Source of the DNA: an uncultured archaeon
GTDB lineage: Archaea > Asgardarchaeota > Lokiarchaeia > Sigyniarchaeales > SOKP01
Assembly: GCA_964388035.1 (NCBI GenBank)
Contig: CAYLZE010000004.1
Location: 50,486 to 114,485 of the forward strand
Direction of reading: 5' to 3'
Length of the DNA: 64,000 nucleotides
Position numbers and translations under genes: made by a program. Below, piece by piece: positions 20,001 through 30,516 of the stretch (position 1 is the stretch's first letter; each line of letters opens with the position of its first letter). The notes beneath the pieces were generated by a model, which saw nothing but the letters and a program-made list of their open reading frames with translations, was not told the origin of the DNA and did not search any database.

Positions 20001-20313
20001 GAAGTGAAGACCTCAAAGCAATAATTAATAAAACTATAATGAATTAGTTAAATAAAATATATCCTTCCATATTTAAAAGAGTTAAGGAGACCAGTTTTAA
20101 ATACCACCATGAGGGTACTTATAATAAACTCTAATCGCGGAATATTTCTGGTTAAAAAAAACTAACAAAGCGCAAGTAATGAATAATCTTAGTGAAAAAT
20201 CTAAATTCTCTTTTATTGCATCTAATATATTAAATATTTTAAGAAATTTCGTGAAAACCTTATAAATTTAAATTAAATTTCTTTTTTATAAATAAATATA
20301 GGAATTATTTTGC

Positions 20314-20880
20314 ATGCATCTTGATTCGAGGGGTACAAATTTGGAGACTCATGATGAAACGGATGAATTAAATAAGAGAATTTGCAATCCAAAGGAAAAT
20401 ATCAATAGTTTAAAAGGATTTGAAATCATTGCTGAAGCATTTGTCTATAAGATCTATGATTTATTTGGACGCAACATGCTTTTAACCTCATTATATCAAG
20501 TAGGTTCAGGTCCGGGTAAGGTGATTGCAGATCGGATTAAGCAAAAATATGATAAAGAAACTTTCGAGTTATTAGAAGCCTTTGAATTGCTTCTGACGGA
20601 ATTAAAAGATTTTTATTCCGTACAAGTCAAAAGTATTGAAAGAAACGAGTTAGAACGATCCATCAGAATTGTTATTGAAAATCAGTGTTTCTTAAGAGAA
20701 CCAATCAAGCGAAGGAAGAAACTAGAACCCGGTAAGGCATTATGTAGAATCTCAAAAGGATATTTTGAAAGTGCATTTACTTCACTACTCGGCAAGAAGC
20801 TTAAAAAAATTGATATTAATTTTCTTCGAAATGATGATCTAAGAGATATGTGCATTGAAGAATTAATTTTCTACTTTTAA
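20314..20880 (+). CDS. V4R/Bet3-fold protein
   Basis: LYQVGSGPG helix motif, ENQCF, LCRISKGYFES, C-terminal Cys; start may be TTG 20341 after GAGGGG. Confidence 0.55.
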   Translation: MHLDSRGTNLETHDETDELNKRICNPKENINSLKGFEIIAEAFVYKIYDLFGRNMLLTSLYQVGSGPGKVIADRIKQKYDKETFELLEAFELLLTELKDFYSVQVKSIERNELERSIRIVIENQCFLREPIKRRKKLEPGKALCRISKGYFESAFTSLLGKKLKKIDINFLRNDDLRDMCIEELIFYF

Positions 20881-21008
20881 AATTTAAAGTTCCAAAAGAA
20901 ATGAAACCTGATTTAATAATAAACACTTTTTTAAAAAAGAGAAAGAAATAAAAAACAAGAATCCAACTTTTTATTCTAAAAAATATAATTATTTGGAGAA
21001 AAAGTAAT

Positions 21009-22133
21009 TTATGCCGCTTGTCCCGCTTTTTGCCAAAATCTCATGGAAGAAACGACTTCTTCTTCTCCGATAAATCCCAATAGCTCATTATCGCTCTTTT
21101 CTCTAACAACCACAATATGGGGTTCATTATGTATATTACTCATTGCTATCATCACTTCTTTCCCCGTCTCCCCTTCGTTGACCGTTGGAAAATCTGCGAT
21201 TTTTCTCATCTTATAACCTGCAATCGTTAGTGCTCTTTCCTCAACAGACATTTTTTTAATGTCATTTGCATCCAATATACCAACCACTGTCCCTGCTCTT
21301 GTTACTGGAAAGTATTCTTTATTATAGGGCACGAAGTACCTTCTTATCGCATCACTAATCGTCATTTCAAAAGGAATGGTTAATTCACCATGATTTATCA
21401 TTTCTTTCACGTGAATCCTGGAAAGAGTCATTTGACTCATCATATCCGTGTAGGAACTTCTGGCAGAACTGTTTAAAAAAATTCCTATTAATATTAACCA
21501 AAATCCAGTCAAGGTTCCAAGAAAGAAAATTTCAAACACACCGAATATCATGAATCCATATCCAAATACTCTTCCTATTTTTGAAGCTGTTTTTGTTGCA
21601 GTCATCATGTCTTTTGTCCTGCTCCAGAGGATTGCTCTTAATAATCGGCCCCCATCCATTGGAAATGCGGGAATTAGATTAAATAAACCCAAACCTACAT
21701 TTGTTATACCCGAATACAAGCAGGTGACAGTTAATATTGACGATAAAGTTGAGGGGATAAATAAGTAACCACCTAAAAATGCGGCTCCTATTATTATACT
21801 TGAAAGCGGTCCGACGAATGCAATAACGGCCTCTTCTTTAGGAGTTTTGGGCTCATCTTCGATCTTTGAAACACCACCAAAAATATACAACTCGATTTCT
21901 GAAACTCGAATTCCGTATCTCATGGCAAATAACGAATGGGTTAACTCATGGGCCAATATGCTAAACAGAATGATAATGCCATTAATTAGCCCCAAAATAA
22001 CTGCATCAACGATGGACGCTGTAGGAACAATGCTCAAATAAAAAAAACCAGCATAAAATCCTACTAACCCCACGATTATTATGGTAGAATAGTGTACTTT
22101 TATTGCTATGCCTTTTATAGTCCCAATTTGCAT
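21009..22133 (-). CDS. Site-2 protease (M50) with C-terminal CBS domains
   Basis: HELTH zinc motif, NLIPAFPMDGGR, CBS-like C-terminus. Confidence 0.92.
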   Translation of the reverse strand: MQIGTIKGIAIKVHYSTIIIVGLVGFYAGFFYLSIVPTASIVDAVILGLINGIIILFSILAHELTHSLFAMRYGIRVSEIELYIFGGVSKIEDEPKTPKEEAVIAFVGPLSSIIIGAAFLGGYLFIPSTLSSILTVTCLYSGITNVGLGLFNLIPAFPMDGGRLLRAILWSRTKDMMTATKTASKIGRVFGYGFMIFGVFEIFFLGTLTGFWLILIGIFLNSSARSSYTDMMSQMTLSRIHVKEMINHGELTIPFEMTISDAIRRYFVPYNKEYFPVTRAGTVVGILDANDIKKMSVEERALTIAGYKMRKIADFPTVNEGETGKEVMIAMSNIHNEPHIVVVREKSDNELLGFIGEEEVVSSMRFWQKAGQAA

Positions 22134-22507
22134 TTTAAATCATCTTTTTTTTTATAATATCAATCTATTTGTGCTATTTTTATAGATTTCTAATAAATAC
22201 AATAAATTCAGATATATATTACTTCCACTTATAAATCTGAAATAAAAGTTGGAAAAATTTAACTTTTTGAAATTAATTCTTCTCATTTTTTATTAAAAAA
22301 AAATAGGATCTCGCTCTCAAAAAATAAGGTTTTTAATTTTTGATTTAATCTTTTATGAAACCGAATATCTACATTGCAAAATACCATGTAGAATTTTGAA
22401 CAAAAAAAGTCAAATATTAAAAATTTTTCGTGATTTAATTAACATGTGGAAAATTATCTACAATAAAAAACAAATAAAATTCAATTAAAATAAGGTGAAA
22501 ATGTAAG

Positions 22508-23683
22508 ATGGTAGATATTAAAAATGTGTTAGTATTAGGCGCAGGATTAATGGGCTCGGGAATTGCTCAAGTTTCCATGATGGCTGGCTATAATGTCACC
22601 CTGGTGGATGTAGAACAACGGTTTGTCGATAAGGGTGTTAAAGGTATCGAAGAGGGAGTTAAAAAACTAGAAGCGAAAGGACAATTAAATGCCGCAGAAG
22701 TGCTGGGAAAATTAAAAACCTCCATTGATTTAGCTTCTGCTGTAAAAAATGTTGATATCGTGATTGAAGCAGTCATCGAAAAAATGGAAGTTAAAAAACA
22801 GGTGTGCAAAACGGTAATGGCGAACGGACCTTCTCACGTCATTTTCGCATCCAATACCTCCACGATGAGCATCACGGAAATCGGAAAGGATTCGGGCGCT
22901 CCCGAACGCGCGTGCGGAATGCACTTTTTCAACCCCGTACCTTTAATGCGATGCATTGAAGTGATTAGAGGAGCCTCCACGTCGGATTCAACATTTGAAA
23001 TTGCAATGAAAGTGGCAGAATCCTTACCCTGCTTGCGTGGAAAGAGATACATTGCCCCTGTTTTAAAAGATAGACCGGGATTCATTGTAAATAGAATGAA
23101 TGCTCCCGTTCAAATCTATATGGGTTGGGTTTTCGACCAAGCAAGAGAAAAGCAAATTCCCTGGGAAAGAATTGATGCCGACGCTGGAGGAAAGATGCCC
23201 ATGGGTCCGTGTTTATTGGCAGATTATGTTGGATTGGATACCATGGTACATGTCATGAACTATTATAAAGAAACTCTTTCTTCTGATTTCGAGCCTCCAA
23301 AAATAGTTAAAGATTTAGTCGCAGCGGGAAATTTGGGTGCCAAGACAGGAAAGGGATTTTATGATTGGAGCAAGGGAAGAGAAGCTATAGTTGAAAAAAC
23401 TAAAAAAGCAGAACCTGCGGGCATGTTTGATTTAGTGAATACCATGGCAATTCTGTTGAACGAAGGATGCAGAATATTAGAAGAAGGCGTAGCATCTGGA
23501 TTTAAGATTATTGACGATGCTAACATGGCCGGTATGAATACTCCAGGACCCTTTGGTGCTGGAAAGAATAATTGGCAAGAATGGTCTAAATTACTCGAAG
23601 ATTTAGCTAAGAAAACGGGAAAAAGTTATTTAAAACCCTGTGATCTCATGAAATCTGGTAAATTCACGGAAATGCGAAAATAA
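22508..23683 (+). CDS. 3-hydroxyacyl-CoA dehydrogenase
   Basis: GAGLMGSGIA, EAVIE, SNTST, GMHFFNP, PGFIVNR, KTGKGFY. Confidence 0.93.
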   Translation: MVDIKNVLVLGAGLMGSGIAQVSMMAGYNVTLVDVEQRFVDKGVKGIEEGVKKLEAKGQLNAAEVLGKLKTSIDLASAVKNVDIVIEAVIEKMEVKKQVCKTVMANGPSHVIFASNTSTMSITEIGKDSGAPERACGMHFFNPVPLMRCIEVIRGASTSDSTFEIAMKVAESLPCLRGKRYIAPVLKDRPGFIVNRMNAPVQIYMGWVFDQAREKQIPWERIDADAGGKMPMGPCLLADYVGLDTMVHVMNYYKETLSSDFEPPKIVKDLVAAGNLGAKTGKGFYDWSKGREAIVEKTKKAEPAGMFDLVNTMAILLNEGCRILEEGVASGFKIIDDANMAGMNTPGPFGAGKNNWQEWSKLLEDLAKKTGKSYLKPCDLMKSGKFTEMRK

Positions 23684-23756
23684 GACAAATTCATAATCAT
23701 TTTATTTTTTCTTTTTTTAGTAGTTGTTATTTATTCTTTTTTCTTTAGAAATAGTT

Positions 23757-24692
23757 TTAAGTGAATATGGTCTGCAGATTTATTTCAAATTCTCCCAATT
23801 CTTCTTCAATAATGTTTTTATTCGATGTAGGCATGAAAAGTTTCAAAAATAATAAATTTTCTCCAATTTTAAATTGTTTTAAAAATTCAGTTCGATCATT
23901 GACATCAAAAATACGTTCCGAAAAGGTAATGTTCTTTTCCATTAATTTTTGTATTAGAATTAGATCTTCATTTACTTTCTGTCGTATTAACCCATCAAAT
24001 TGGTCTGATTCTATCGGATCACTATAATATTCAGAGAGAATTAACCCATCAGAATTATAAAGCACGCCATAAATCCCTCTCAATTTCCTTATAATTGTCT
24101 CAATATAGATGTTTAAAAAATCCACATTGATGTATTTTTGTAGCGAATACGATAAGGCTTTAGAAATCGAACCGATGTCGAAATATGATGTTTTTATGAA
24201 TTTGAATTTAAAATTAGTATTCCTTAAAGTCAATTTCGTTATAAAATCAGAATTTTCTCTAATATTCTTTTCATGTTGAATTTTAGGATCGAATTTATTT
24301 AAACAAATTATGACTTCTTCTGAATACGGTAACTTTTCATAAATCTTTAATAATTCCTCCAAGTAATTTACTGATAGCTCTATTCTGCTTTTGTCTTGAA
24401 CATCTATAAAATAGTATAGAAATTTTGTATCCTCAAAAACGATGGGATCTCTCAAATAATTCTCTCTGTACATCTCTTGTCCACCCATGTCCCAGAACCT
24501 AATCTCCCATTTATTTAAAAAGTTTAAGGAGCTATAATTAATTTTTATTGTGGGCTTAATCGCACGAACTTGTTCAAAAAAATCATACTTTTTTGCTAAA
24601 GCGGTCAGAAAACTCGTTTTACCTGCGTTATCTAACCCAGCAACTACAATTTTAAGAATTTCTAATTTATGAGCTGTATTACTATTAGCCAA
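23757..24692 (-). CDS. Small GTPase (Arf/Rag-like) with C-terminal roadblock/longin-like domain
   Basis: GLDNAGKT, PTI, WDMGGQ, NKFD, TS; C-terminal GVLYNSDGLILSE. Confidence 0.85.
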   Translation of the reverse strand: MANSNTAHKLEILKIVVAGLDNAGKTSFLTALAKKYDFFEQVRAIKPTIKINYSSLNFLNKWEIRFWDMGGQEMYRENYLRDPIVFEDTKFLYYFIDVQDKSRIELSVNYLEELLKIYEKLPYSEEVIICLNKFDPKIQHEKNIRENSDFITKLTLRNTNFKFKFIKTSYFDIGSISKALSYSLQKYINVDFLNIYIETIIRKLRGIYGVLYNSDGLILSEYYSDPIESDQFDGLIRQKVNEDLILIQKLMEKNITFSERIFDVNDRTEFLKQFKIGENLLFLKLFMPTSNKNIIEEELGEFEINLQTIFT

Positions 24693-24932
24693 ACTGTTTT
24701 CCTCTGATAAATTAATCTCAACTTTCTTGCTTAAATAATTTAAGAATTACTATTTATTTTTTATCAAAAGCTAAATTGAACACCAACTTTTAAATAACTT
24801 ATCATTTCTCTCCTTATAGAATTATTATTAGATGGTTCAGATAAAGCAAGGCAGAATGCCACATTCACTCTCGAAAATAGGATTAGATTCCTAACCTCTA
24901 GTTTTCTTTAAAGATACTATAGAAGTTAAAGC

Positions 24933-25454
24933 TTAAGAAACTGCGTCCGAAATTTTAATAGTTAAATCTGTTTCTCCTTCTAACTCCGCCCTAAAGAAGA
25001 ATCTATTGGATACCTTATTATAAATGATAACGCTCTTATATTGCAAGGGATCTATTGTCTTTGGGATGATTAATGAAAAATCTCCCCTATATTGAGATAA
25101 TTCACCTATTTCCACGATATTCCCCGGATCATCCGTTGATCTTATAAGGTTCTCTTGATCAGAAAGGTATATATATTCATTATTTAAATGTCCCATTTGA
25201 ATATCAATATAAATATCGATGAAATAAAGATAGTATTTCCCATCAGTGGCTTGTACTAAATTTACCGTGCCATGATATGTACGGGAACTATCAGCAGTAC
25301 TTTTTAAACTCCCACTAGCTAAAACGGTGGCATTAGGATCAAACTCTTCTTCAGAAGGATTTATTTGAGCAAAAACTACGGCGCCTATAATAACAACCGC
25401 AAAAATAACGACAAGGATGATTGTCACCCATTTCCAACTTTTTTTAAAATTCAT
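24933..25454 (-). CDS. DM13-domain protein with N-terminal membrane anchor
   Basis: TM helix then YIYLS...IGEL...GDFSLIIP...YKSVIIY...FFRAEL, a DM13-like pattern. Confidence 0.65.
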   Translation of the reverse strand: MNFKKSWKWVTIILVVIFAVVIIGAVVFAQINPSEEEFDPNATVLASGSLKSTADSSRTYHGTVNLVQATDGKYYLYFIDIYIDIQMGHLNNEYIYLSDQENLIRSTDDPGNIVEIGELSQYRGDFSLIIPKTIDPLQYKSVIIYNKVSNRFFFRAELEGETDLTIKISDAVS

Positions 25455-25889
25455 TTAAATAACACCTCTATAAGGGATATTGAATTTCTTAATTTTAGAA
25501 TTGAATAGTTTATATACAAACCAAAAATAAGAAAGTTATGAATATAAATCTTTTTTTAGCCCCAAGATCACGCATTTTCCCAATTGTGGAAAATTGAAAA
25601 ACCCGCCAATATTTTTCGCATTCTTGGGTTTGAGAGAATTCAAATTACACGTACAAAATAAAAAAATAATCATGAATGTACACAAAAAACATGCTAAGAT
25701 CTATAATAATTAAGAACTTATTAGAATAATTGAACTATTCTCCGTATTTGTAGATTATAAATTCAGAATTTATATTGGTTTAAAGATAATTTAAGAATCA
25801 TTATTTATCTCTTATTAAAAGCTAAATTGAAACGCAATTTTTAAAAAAATCATGCAAAAATGTATTAAAAAAGCATCCTTTTTTATAAC

Positions 25890-28730
25890 TTGGTTCTTGT
25901 GGTATCTGAAGAATTATTAAAGAAATTAGAAGATAAAACGCTCTCTATTAAACTAAATGCACTTTCAGAATTAAAAAACCTCGCAAAAAAAGGGGAAAAT
26001 ATTAAAGATGCTCTAAATGTTCTAAATGAACTTCTACTTTCTAAAAGATCGGAAATCTGGCAAGAAATCGGGAAGATAATGAAATATTATTATCAATATT
26101 TTGTTAGTTTCTATTGTCGAAATTATAATAATTTTCCCCAAGCGATGGAGGAATTATTATCATCACGGCAAGATATTAGGAAAAAAGCGGCTCAATTTTT
26201 AACCACTTTCATGCTTCTTTCTGAACCTCGTCGGTGGAACTTAATAAATGAAAAACGAATTTCACAGTTAACGAAAGAATTAGAAAGTAACCAAATTGAA
26301 AACATTTTGAAAGTCACGGCAGAAATAAGTGATTTAGCTAAGGAGTACCACGATATTACCCCATTTACTAAATATCTTGAAGAGGGTTTGGCTAATGCAA
26401 ATGAACAAGTAAGATGGAACTGTGCCAATGCATTGGGCTATTATATAAGCAATTATATCAAGAACTCCACTCATGATTATACCTACGTGCTAAAAAATAT
26501 AAGAAATTCGAATCAGGAGGAAAAATTATCTTTCCTTGATTTTTTAGGTTCTTCGACTGCTCATGATTTAGTAAGTGATCGAGATGAAAGAGATATTTCT
26601 CACGCTCTACCATTAGTTGGCATTTTATTATTTGATAAAAACATGCAAGTTAGAGAAGAAGCCATAAAGGTTCTTCTTGCTGCAACCAATGAACATTCTC
26701 TCGAAATATTAACACCCGTTTTAGTAAAAGTTCTTCTAGATATAAAGATGTCGAACATTCATGAGCCTACAGCGAGCATATTCAAGGATTTGATTCGAAA
26801 TGGATTGGATATCTCACCATTTTTAGACAAAATATTGGAAATATTCACGATAGATAATAATGAAGACTTAAAATTAGAATTGATTCTTATTTTGCGAAAA
26901 GCAGTAGAAGAAGAGTTAGATGTTACAAAATCTATTCCGATGATTACGAATTTACTTGATGATAGAAACGAAAAGATTAAGTTTGGTGCAGCTGACACCC
27001 TAAGCTACTTTTATGCAAGAACGGCACGCTGGAAAGATTTAGAATCTTTATTACAGCATGAGGATAAGGACGTCCGTCAAGAAGCGGCAGGCACTTTAAA
27101 AGTTGTGAAAAAAGAATATGATTTAACCCCCATCATTTCTAAATTAATGCTTCTCTTGAAAGATCAGGAAAAAGAAGTGCGATTCATAGCAGCAAGAACT
27201 CTACTAAATAAATTCAAAGTAATTGAGGATATCACTTCAGCTATTCCTCTTATGGCGAAATTTACTTCTGATTCAGATCCTAACCTCGTGAATAATGCCT
27301 TTATTGTCCTGAGCAACTGGATACGAGATAATATCACCTGCAAATCGCCAATTCCCCGGGTAAAATGGCATCATGTTCAACCCTTTATTCATGTAATGGA
27401 AAATCGAAAAATGAATCAATCACGGAATATTAAAAAAGCCATTATTGAAAGTCTCGCTCAATACTACGTGCATGTAAAACAATTTGATAAAATTAAAGTA
27501 TTATTAAAAAAGGCAAGCAATCAAGAAAAAAAAGATATAATGTATCGGTTAACAACTTGCGGTTATTTTACATGCGAGGTGGATGTTTCTCCTATGATTC
27601 CTGAGCTCTTAGAATTATTCTTTAATCATAAAAACTTGGAAGTTAAAAATTATTCCTTGAGAATCATTGAAGATATTTTAACTCCAAAGACTGCAAGAGA
27701 AACGTTAAAAGTAATTCAAAAGTATTCCATCAATAGCAGATGGGATTTAGAGAAAAAATTGAGACATTTTATTAAAAGAGAGGACATTCAAGCACTTTCA
27801 AAGGATTTTATTGTGGAGAAAAAAGAGCAATTATTCGATCATTACTTGCCTTTATTATCAGACGAAGATAGTATTATCCGAGAATGGGCTACCGACGAAT
27901 TGTGGAACTTTATATATAATAAGGGAGATTATTTTCTTCCCGCTATACCCATTTTAATTGAAAATTTAAAGGATAAAGATGTGTATGTTCGTCATATTAC
28001 CACATTATTGATGAGTGAAGTTGTGAAGCATTATAATGTTCCGCAAATCATTCCTGTTCTTACAGAGTTATTATTGGATGATTCAGATAAAGTGAGACAA
28101 AATGCTGCATTCACCCTTGACAACATGATTAGATCAGGATATGATATTAAAGAAACCATTCCGAATTTATTAAAAAATGTGAGCCATTCCAGTAAAGAAG
28201 TCCGTTATTTCGCAGTAAATACCCCAATAAGGTATGTCCAAGATAAAAAATCCGCTTTACTTGTATTAGAGCAATTGAATCTTTTAAACCTGAATAAGAA
28301 GGATGAGGAAATTAAAAAAATAATGGAATCGTGTGTTAAATTTCTGAACGAAATTAATACTTCTCTTGAAAAATTAATAAGGCGAAAATCGGGAACAGAA
28401 TCCCCTTCAATACCTCAAAAATTTGCTTATTTAATTCAGCTCTGGAATGAAAATTGGGGCTCTTCGTTAAGTAATCGGTTAATTGACATGTTAATTGAAA
28501 CTATTTTTCAAAGTCGAGCTATTAAAGCTTGGAATGAAAGCCTTACTATATTTTTTGTTGAAGCAGAGAGGATTATAAGCGCTCAACTTAAAGATCCAAC
28601 CATACACCCTGCCTTAAGCTTAAATGTTACTAATGCCAATTTATTAAAAATTCAAAAAATACTAAAAGATTCAGTAGAGTATGCAGAGCAAGAAGAATGG
28701 GATTCTATTTTCGATTTTAACGATTTATAA
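25890..28730 (+). CDS. HEAT-repeat (alpha-solenoid) protein, 946 aa
   Basis: Repeated LLxDxxxxVRxxAAxxL units (LLQHEDKDVRQEAA, LLKDQEKEVRFIAA, LLDDSDKVRQNAA). Confidence 0.88.
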   Translation: MVLVVSEELLKKLEDKTLSIKLNALSELKNLAKKGENIKDALNVLNELLLSKRSEIWQEIGKIMKYYYQYFVSFYCRNYNNFPQAMEELLSSRQDIRKKAAQFLTTFMLLSEPRRWNLINEKRISQLTKELESNQIENILKVTAEISDLAKEYHDITPFTKYLEEGLANANEQVRWNCANALGYYISNYIKNSTHDYTYVLKNIRNSNQEEKLSFLDFLGSSTAHDLVSDRDERDISHALPLVGILLFDKNMQVREEAIKVLLAATNEHSLEILTPVLVKVLLDIKMSNIHEPTASIFKDLIRNGLDISPFLDKILEIFTIDNNEDLKLELILILRKAVEEELDVTKSIPMITNLLDDRNEKIKFGAADTLSYFYARTARWKDLESLLQHEDKDVRQEAAGTLKVVKKEYDLTPIISKLMLLLKDQEKEVRFIAARTLLNKFKVIEDITSAIPLMAKFTSDSDPNLVNNAFIVLSNWIRDNITCKSPIPRVKWHHVQPFIHVMENRKMNQSRNIKKAIIESLAQYYVHVKQFDKIKVLLKKASNQEKKDIMYRLTTCGYFTCEVDVSPMIPELLELFFNHKNLEVKNYSLRIIEDILTPKTARETLKVIQKYSINSRWDLEKKLRHFIKREDIQALSKDFIVEKKEQLFDHYLPLLSDEDSIIREWATDELWNFIYNKGDYFLPAIPILIENLKDKDVYVRHITTLLMSEVVKHYNVPQIIPVLTELLLDDSDKVRQNAAFTLDNMIRSGYDIKETIPNLLKNVSHSSKEVRYFAVNTPIRYVQDKKSALLVLEQLNLLNLNKKDEEIKKIMESCVKFLNEINTSLEKLIRRKSGTESPSIPQKFAYLIQLWNENWGSSLSNRLIDMLIETIFQSRAIKAWNESLTIFFVEAERIISAQLKDPTIHPALSLNVTNANLLKIQKILKDSVEYAEQEEWDSIFDFNDL

Positions 28731-28962
28731 TGATTTTACTACATTTTCATTTTAATTTCGTGTGAACTTTTCAATTAATCTAATTAGTACCAAGAAATTA
28801 TTTTGAAAACGATTCTTCAAAAAAATAAAATTTTTGTAAATTTTTAATTAAAACAATCCCTATACTACTCATTGCTTTTATAAATATTGTCTGGGTATTT
28901 CCATTCTAAAATTGAACGGAGATTTCCAGATCATCTAATTGAATGAAAAAGAGGTTATAAAA

Positions 28963-29811
28963 ATGTCTGAAGGAAAAAAATATGAACATATTAAAATAGA
29001 GTGGCCGAATACTAAGGAAGGGGGTACGATCGATGGAAATTATGCAGTGATTTCCTTGAATCGACCCGATAAATTAAATGCATTACAGGTACAGACCGTT
29101 AAGGAGGTATATGAAGCTTTAGAATCCATGGAAATTGACCCCGAGATTCGATGTGTCGTTTTACGTGGTACTAAAGATTTCACGAAAAAACCGGCATTCT
29201 CATCAGGTGCTGATTTAGCAGCCCCCATGGCTCCAGAATTGAAAATGAACATTCCCATCCACATGACTCATGCCATGTACATGAGGCACAAATATTATGA
29301 TCTAATTGAAGAATTTCCCAAACCATTAATCGCTGCGGTGGATGGTTATGCCTTTGGAGGAGGATGTGAATTATCCCTGGTTTGTGATCTTGTCATCGCT
29401 AGTGAACGCTCAGAATTTGGATTCCCCGAAATTGAACGCGGCATTTTTCCCGCAAATGGTGGCACTCAAAGAATGGCTCGCCATATTGGGCTTGCTAGGA
29501 CCATGAAAATGCTTTATTTTGGGCAAAGAGAGTCAGCAAAAACCATGTTTGATTGGGGGTATGTATCTTTTCTCGTAGAAGATGAAAAATTTGAAAATGT
29601 TGTGCATGAAAAAGCCAAGTGGTTAGGAAATGCAGCTACTACTTCATTAATGGTAATAAAGCGGGCTGCTAAATTCGGAACGCAAGTACCTTTAAAGATT
29701 GGATTACAATTTGAACAACTTGGATTCGGAGTAAATAGTGCCTCGAGTGATGTTAAGGAAGGAATTAATGCATTCTTAAGAAGAAAAGAGCCAAACTTCA
29801 AGGGAGTTTAA
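28963..29811 (+). CDS. Enoyl-CoA hydratase/isomerase (crotonase) family
   Basis: LNRPDKLNAL, FSSGADL, GYAFGGGCEL, FGFPE; ATG 28963 after GAGGT. Confidence 0.92.
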   Translation: MSEGKKYEHIKIEWPNTKEGGTIDGNYAVISLNRPDKLNALQVQTVKEVYEALESMEIDPEIRCVVLRGTKDFTKKPAFSSGADLAAPMAPELKMNIPIHMTHAMYMRHKYYDLIEEFPKPLIAAVDGYAFGGGCELSLVCDLVIASERSEFGFPEIERGIFPANGGTQRMARHIGLARTMKMLYFGQRESAKTMFDWGYVSFLVEDEKFENVVHEKAKWLGNAATTSLMVIKRAAKFGTQVPLKIGLQFEQLGFGVNSASSDVKEGINAFLRRKEPNFKGV

Positions 29812-29867
29812 AACCTTAAAATTTTTACTTTTATTTTCTTTATATTATTTTATTTTTTAAATATTAA

Positions 29868-30473
29868 ATGCAATTCCTTTATATCTCAAGATTTAAATTA
29901 ATGCCCTTGTTAGCAATGTCCCCATATCCTGAAATAATTGAAGAAATCAATTTGAATGAAATTTATCTTAGAAAAATCTCTAAGAAGGATGGTCCTTTCT
30001 TTTATAAGAGTTTGCGCGATAAGAATGTGATTACTTTTCTTTCTCTTGGTCCACTCCTGTCTAAGAGGCATTCTAAAGAGCTTGTAAGTGAATATTTGAA
30101 ATCTTGGGAGAAGAACCTGCAATATAACTATATTATTGAATTACGAGACAATTTAATTAATAAAATTGGCTCTGCTAGCCTATGGAATGTTATTTGGCAT
30201 CATAAAAGAGCGGAAATAGGGATATGGCTTATCCCTGAATATTGGAATCAAGGATATGGTAAAAAAGCGCTCAACTTGATTAAATTAATAGGATTTAATC
30301 ATTTAAATTTAAACCGTTTAGAAGCACACGTGGCAACCGAGAATTTATATTCTCTTTCTTTATTTAAAAGTTCTGGCTTTCAGGAAGAAGGAAGATTAAA
30401 ACAATTTTTAAATTTGAGAGGTAAATTCCACGATGTATTTATTTTAGCTGCTTTAAATGAGACTTCACGTTAA
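29868..30473 (+). CDS. GNAT acetyltransferase, RimJ/RimL family
   Basis: RAEIGIWLIPEYWNQGYG, GFQEEG; true start may be a downstream ATG. Confidence 0.85.
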   Translation: MQFLYISRFKLMPLLAMSPYPEIIEEINLNEIYLRKISKKDGPFFYKSLRDKNVITFLSLGPLLSKRHSKELVSEYLKSWEKNLQYNYIIELRDNLINKIGSASLWNVIWHHKRAEIGIWLIPEYWNQGYGKKALNLIKLIGFNHLNLNRLEAHVATENLYSLSLFKSSGFQEEGRLKQFLNLRGKFHDVFILAALNETSR

Positions 30474-30516
30474 AAAACACATACTTCTTAATCTTTTTTT
30501 AATTATTTCTCATAAC

